Positions 45,379-46,315 of a stretch of DNA of 46,315 bases are shown in pieces. The translations under genes and the position numbers were made by a program. The stretch is from IMG/VR virus record IMGVR_UViG_3300044711_000125, positions 1 through 46,315 of that record. One strand, 5' to 3'. The notes under the pieces were generated by a model. The model did not search any database. It was not told the origin of the DNA and saw only the letters and a program-made list of their open reading frames with translations. The DNA comes from a virus. Its lineage: Duplodnaviria; Caudoviricetes. Position 1 is the stretch's first letter. Every line of letters begins with the position of its first letter.

Positions 45379-45630
45379 GTGAGAGGCAGGCCCGAGGAGT
45401 GGGAGGTTCTGAGCGGGCGCGAGTTCCTGGAGCTTTGCCGATTTGCGGCTGACTCGGGCGCGTGGGTGCCGGAAGTGGATATCGTTGGGCCTGGGGGTTA
45501 TCGGATCGCCAAGGTCATCAGGAGAGCGCGCGGCCGGAAGAAGACGGAGACACGAAGCTCACGAATTGGCACGAAGCCGGGGAGCCAGGCTGAATTTTGG
45601 GAACAATTGTTCCCGGCGCAATCCTTCTAA
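45379..45630 (+). CDS. Hypothetical protein
   Basis: GTG start after the upstream stop; uncertain. Confidence 0.45.
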   Translation: MRGRPEEWEVLSGREFLELCRFAADSGAWVPEVDIVGPGGYRIAKVIRRARGRKKTETRSSRIGTKPGSQAEFWEQLFPAQSF

Positions 45631-45771
45631 CTTTTTCTAACTCCGGAGGCGGTCTGTGGCGGTCAATGGCGGACAAACGGCCGATTTTGGAAATCTGGAA
45701 AAAGTGCGGCCGCGCTCAATGGAATCAATGGTGACGGGCTGATCTGGAGATTCGGAAGATCGAGTGCGCTA

Positions 45772-45798
45772 CAGGTTCAAGCCCTGCAGCGCGCACCA
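45772..45798 (+). other. attP core candidate: tRNA 3' fragment (T-arm, acceptor strand, CCA)
   Basis: CAGG-TTCAAGC-CCTG-CAGCGCGCACCA with no 5' half; lies between convergent operons and is flanked by TTCT(A/G)AC repeats. Confidence 0.7.
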
Positions 45799-45874
45799 TG
45801 TTTTGTTGGGGTTTTGAGGGGTGGGGGAATTCTTCTGACAGTCTTCTAACTTTTTTGGGGGTGGAGCACGTTGT

Positions 45875-46315
45875 TCAGTCGGAGAAATCGGTGACGATTT
45901 TGCCGAATTGGATTTTGACCAGGGCGCCGTCGGGAAGGGAAAGGTCGTCGGCTTTGAAGACGGCGAATGGATAGTTGTCGCCTTCTTTCCAGCGGACGAT
46001 CAGGACGGAGCCGGGGTGGACTTTCCAGGTTAGGCGATCGGCACAAGCGGAGGCAATGGAGCCGGCTCCGGAGGTTTCAATGGTGACGTATTCGCCGGCT
46101 GCGGCCGCCGGGGATCTGTAGCCCGAGGTCGCCGCGCTGGAGCTGTAGCCCGAGGTCGCCGCGCTGGATCTGTCGCCCGAGGTCGCCGCGCTGGATCTGT
46201 CGCCCGAGGTCGCCGCGCTGGATCTGTCGCCCGAGGTCGCCGCGCTGGATCTGTAGCCCGAGGTCGCCGCGCTGGATCTGTAGCCCGAGGTCGCCGCGCT
46301 GGAGCTGTCGCCCGA
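45875..46315 (-). CDS. C-terminal part of the 9-aa-repeat phage protein begun at 615
   Basis: (AATSG[Y/D][R/S]SS)n then PAAAAGEYVTIETSGAGSIASACADRLTWKV...KIVTDFSD*; stop at 45875-45877. Confidence 0.85.
   Translation of the reverse strand, partial: SGDSSSAATSGYRSSAATSGYRSSAATSGDRSSAATSGDRSSAATSGDRSSAATSGYSSSAATSGYRSPAAAAGEYVTIETSGAGSIASACADRLTWKVHPGSVLIVRWKEGDNYPFAVFKADDLSLPDGALVKIQFGKIVTDFSD
46114..46315. repeat. 27-bp coding tandem repeat, same unit as 1-210
   Basis: Seven full units from 46121 plus partials. Confidence 0.97.

Larger units (their letters stand above)
1..46315. mobile_element. Temperate tailed bacteriophage genome (lambda-like head and tail), probably complete and circular
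   Basis: Terminase, portal, protease-capsid, tail tube, tape measure and tail-tip genes in canonical order; integrase and attP-like site present; one minus-strand ORF runs off position 1 and resumes at 46315. Confidence 0.95.

Noticed and set aside
45720-45798. Complete tRNA gene
   Set aside because: Only the T-arm and 3' acceptor strand are present; no matching 5' strand, D-arm or anticodon arm.

Overview
The window looks like an essentially complete ~46.3 kb temperate tailed-phage genome with a lambda-like, non-contractile tail. It is probably circular: it opens inside a 27-bp tandem repeat of one gene that continues from the window start round to the window end. The left arm (1-9.4 kb, minus strand) holds early genes: DUF5131, a putative replication initiator with internal iterons, a HerA-like ATPase, an Xis-like HTH protein, a histone-fold-like protein and DUF6166. 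Next come a divergent ribbon-helix-helix switch, a lipoprotein and a tyrosine integrase. The right arm (plus strand) holds a Nu1/GpA terminase, lambda-type portal, ClpP-capsid fusion, neck and tail genes, holin/spanin-like genes without a recognisable endolysin, tape measure and tail-tip genes, and a tRNA-3'-like attP. A Verrucomicrobiota host is inferred, not shown. The most striking feature is that most gene junctions carry an ordered cassette built from more than a dozen short-repeat and hairpin classes. The main classes lie on the same DNA strand whatever the gene direction, invade proteins in frame and appear to split two conserved tail genes. A second striking feature is that several fibre-like virion proteins carry signal peptides and are Thr-Asn rich. 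All family calls come from motif recognition by eye, not database searches.
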